Of a stretch of 64,000 bases of DNA, positions 61,249 to 64,000 are shown piece after piece. The position numbers and the translations under genes were made by a program. The stretch covers positions 16,926,001 to 16,990,000 of the forward strand of contig OZ024764.1 of NCBI GenBank assembly GCA_964016885.1, in the 5' to 3' direction. The stretch's first letter is position 1; each line of letters starts with the position of its first letter. Under the pieces are notes generated by a model. It was not told the DNA's origin. It did not search any database and saw only the letters and a list, made by a program, of their open reading frames with translations. The stretch is from Eledone cirrhosa. Its lineage: Eukaryota.

Positions 61249-62793
61249 CCCTTTAGCATTTACATTACTCTATATACACTATTATATTTTCACAGTAAAG
61301 GCTTTACCTCACATAACATTTACATTACTCTATATATACTATTATATTTTCACAGTAAAGGTTTTACCTTACATAACATTTACATTACTCTATATATACT
61401 ATTGTATTTTCACAGTAAAGTCTTTACCTCACATAACATTTACATTACTCTATATATACTATTATATTTTCACAGTAAAGGCTTTACCTCACATAACATC
61501 TACATTACTCTATATATACTATTGTATTTTCACAGTAAAGGCTTTACCTCACATAACATTTACATTACTCTATATATACTATTGTATTTTCACAGTAAAG
61601 GCTTTACCTCACATAACATTTACATTACTCTATATATACTATTATATTTTCACAGTAAAGGTTTTACCTTACATAACATTTACATTACTCTATATATACT
61701 ATTGTATTTTCACAGTAAAGTCTTTACCTCACATAACATTTACATTACTCTATATATACTATTGTATTTTCACAGTAAAAGCTTTACCTCACATAACATC
61801 TACATTACTCTATATATACTATTGTATTTTCACAGTAAAGGCTTTACCTCACATAACATTTACATTACTCTATATATACTATTGTATTTTCACAGTAAAA
61901 GCTTTACCTCACATAACATTTACATTACTCTATATATACTATTGTATTTTCACAGTAAAAGCTTTACCTCACATAACATTTACATTACTCTATATATACT
62001 ATTGTATTATCACAGTAAAGGCTTTACCTCACATAATACCTCACATAACATTTACATTACTCTATATATACTATTGTATTATCACAGTAAAGGCTTTACC
62101 TCACATAATACCTCACATAACATTTACATTACTCTATATATACTATTGTATTGTCACAGTAAAGGCTTTACCTCACATAACATTTACATTACTCTATATA
62201 TACTATTGTATTTTCACAGTAAAGGCTTTACCTCACATAACATTTACATTACTCTATATATACTATTGTATTTTCACAGTAAAAGCTTTACCTCACATAA
62301 CATTTACATTACTCTATATATACTATTGTATTTTCACAGTAAAAGCTTTACCTCACATAACATTTACATTACTCTATATATACTATTGTATTATCACAGT
62401 AAAGGCTTTACCTCACATAATACCTCACATAACATTTACATTACTCTATATATACTATTGTATTATCACAGTAAAGGCTTTACCTCACATAATACCTCAC
62501 ATAACATTTACATTACTCTATATATACTATTGTATTGTCACAGTAAAGGCTTTACCTCACATAACATTTACATTACTCTATATATACTATTGTATTTTCA
62601 CAGTAAAGGCTTTACCTCACATAACATTTACATTACTCTATATATACTATTGTATTTCCACAGTAAAGGCTTTACCTCACATAATTATTCACATCGAATC
62701 TATGAGATTTTGATGATATTATTATTTACTTTGAAAACAAGACCTTAACATCAGTATGAGTGGCTAGTTATGGCCGGTTTAAGTGCTAAAGGG
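61249..62793. mobile_element. piggyBac-type MITE inflated by a 60/72-bp internal array
   Basis: TTAA|CCCTTTAGCA...TGCTAAAGGG|TTAA with about 23 tandem units inside. Confidence 0.88.
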
Positions 62794-62887
62794 TTAAGGA
62801 AAAACATAACATCTTGTTTCGATTAATTTCTCTGTTCGTCCATTTTATATTGTCGTAATAATGGTGGTAGTAGTTTCTTTTTTCCCA

Positions 62888-64000
62888 TTACACAGACCCT
62901 TGCAGTTCCCCCGTCTGAAAGATGACTTGACCACAATGCTCCTGGGGTATTAATATGGCCTGAGGGTGAGGCTGGTGGTTACTTAGATTCGCCACTGTTG
63001 GTGTCACAGAAGTTGTCACTACGTCCTGCAAAAGGCTTCGATAGGCCGCGACATTCATCATGGTTACATCCGACATTTCATAATCGATTGTCTCCCCTTG
63101 GCATTCGGCCGTTATCACCAGGTGGTGCTGCTGTTCGTTCTGGTTGTGTATTGTCTCCCCTCGGCATTCGGCTGCTATCACCAGATGGGGTTGCTGTTGC
63201 AGTCGGTTGTTGTTGTTGTCATACTCTATTGTCTCCCCTTGGCATTCGGCCGCTATCACCAGGTGGGGCTGCTGTTGTTGTAGTCGGTTGTTGTTGTGGT
63301 GGTTGTTGCTGCTGTCGGTGTCGCCATAGTCAATTCTCTCCCCTTGGCACTCGGCCGTTATCACCAGATGGTGCTGCTGCTGGTGTTGCTGGTTGTTGTT
63401 GTTGTTGCTGCTGTTGCTGTGGTGTAATGCAGCCTCTAGCTGGATGCGGTTGCCATCGGCAATCACAAAGTCCTCCTCCTGTTCAACGATGAAGCTCACA
63501 GTGTTGTGATCCTCTGCATTAGGTGCGACAGGCGTAGAAATCATCAACGGTTCTTCTGCAAGTACTGGTGCTGTTGTTGTTGTTGCTGTTGTGTGCAGCT
63601 TTGGCAGGCGTGACATGGTTTGCTGCATCCCATGCATTTTCAGTTCATGTCGCTGCAAGTGGTGCTTGTGTCGGAACATATAGCTGCATATTGAACATCG
63701 GAACTTGCCCTCCGTCGTGTGCGCTCGGAAGTGGGCCTGGCACATCACGTCCGTCTTGAAACGCCAGGTGCAGCCGGGGAACTGGCACGCAAACGGCCGG
63801 ACCGGGTCGTGCACTCGCTTGTGCTTGTTCAGCGTCGACTTGTCGGAGTAGGCGTAACCGCAGACGTTGCATATGACGCTGCCCTCGTTGTGCAACTGCC
63901 GGTGGGCGTGGATCGCGGCGTTGATCTTCGACGTGAAACCGCACTGCCTGCACCTGTAGGCGCTCTTGTTGTGTGTGCGCTCGTGCGCGGCGAGGTAGGT
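62888..64000 (-). CDS. C2H2 zinc-finger protein, 3' part (frame open to the window edge)
   Basis: The frame from 64000 reads TYLAAHERTH-NKSA-YRCRQC..HRQLH, CNVC..HKRVH, CQFPGC..HFRAH, CSIC..HELKMH (4 full and 1 partial finger), then a T/N/Q-rich repetitive tail and TAA at 62888-62890. Confidence 0.9.
   Translation of the reverse strand, partial: TYLAAHERTHNKSAYRCRQCGFTSKINAAIHAHRQLHNEGSVICNVCGYAYSDKSTLNKHKRVHDPVRPFACQFPGCTWRFKTDVMCQAHFRAHTTEGKFRCSICSYMFRHKHHLQRHELKMHGMQQTMSRLPKLHTTATTTTAPVLAEEPLMISTPVAPNAEDHNTVSFIVEQEEDFVIADGNRIQLEAALHHSNSSNNNNNQQHQQQHHLVITAECQGERIDYGDTDSSNNHHNNNRLQQQQPHLVIAAECQGETIEYDNNNNRLQQQPHLVIAAECRGETIHNQNEQQHHLVITAECQGETIDYEMSDVTMMNVAAYRSLLQDVVTTSVTPTVANLSNHQPHPQAILIPQEHCGQVIFQTGELQGSV

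Overview
Eukaryotic, repeat-dense animal DNA. The SINE/LINE repertoire and a C2H2 gene suggest an octopod cephalopod, which is my inference. It holds two protein-coding genes. One is a complete 13-coding-exon cathepsin A / lysosomal protective protein gene (+, 8821-32223, 475 aa when spliced by hand, S10 catalytic Ser-Asp-His intact). The other is the 3' part of a C2H2 zinc-finger gene (-, 62888 to window edge). Most of the rest is transposons or tandem arrays grown out of transposon fragments: a young Penelope-like element with inverted hammerhead-bearing pLTRs, non-autonomous and decayed Helitrons, piggyBac- and mariner-type MITEs, CR1/RTE/CRE LINE fragments and two tRNA-derived SINE families. 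Nearly all long ORFs in the supplied track are repeat artefacts. The main unexplained signal is three copies of a GC-rich, highly structured 147-163-nt element with Pol III gene hallmarks: TATAAG at -33, A/B boxes, a 5'/3' terminal stem, a cUUCGg hairpin and a T4-5 terminator. Two copies face each other in the arms of a ~7.7-kb palindrome. It is a candidate undescribed vault/VA-like small RNA family. A minimal hammerhead ribozyme also lies in sense orientation about 85 nt after the cathepsin A stop codon. All calls were made by eye, with no database searches or folding programs.
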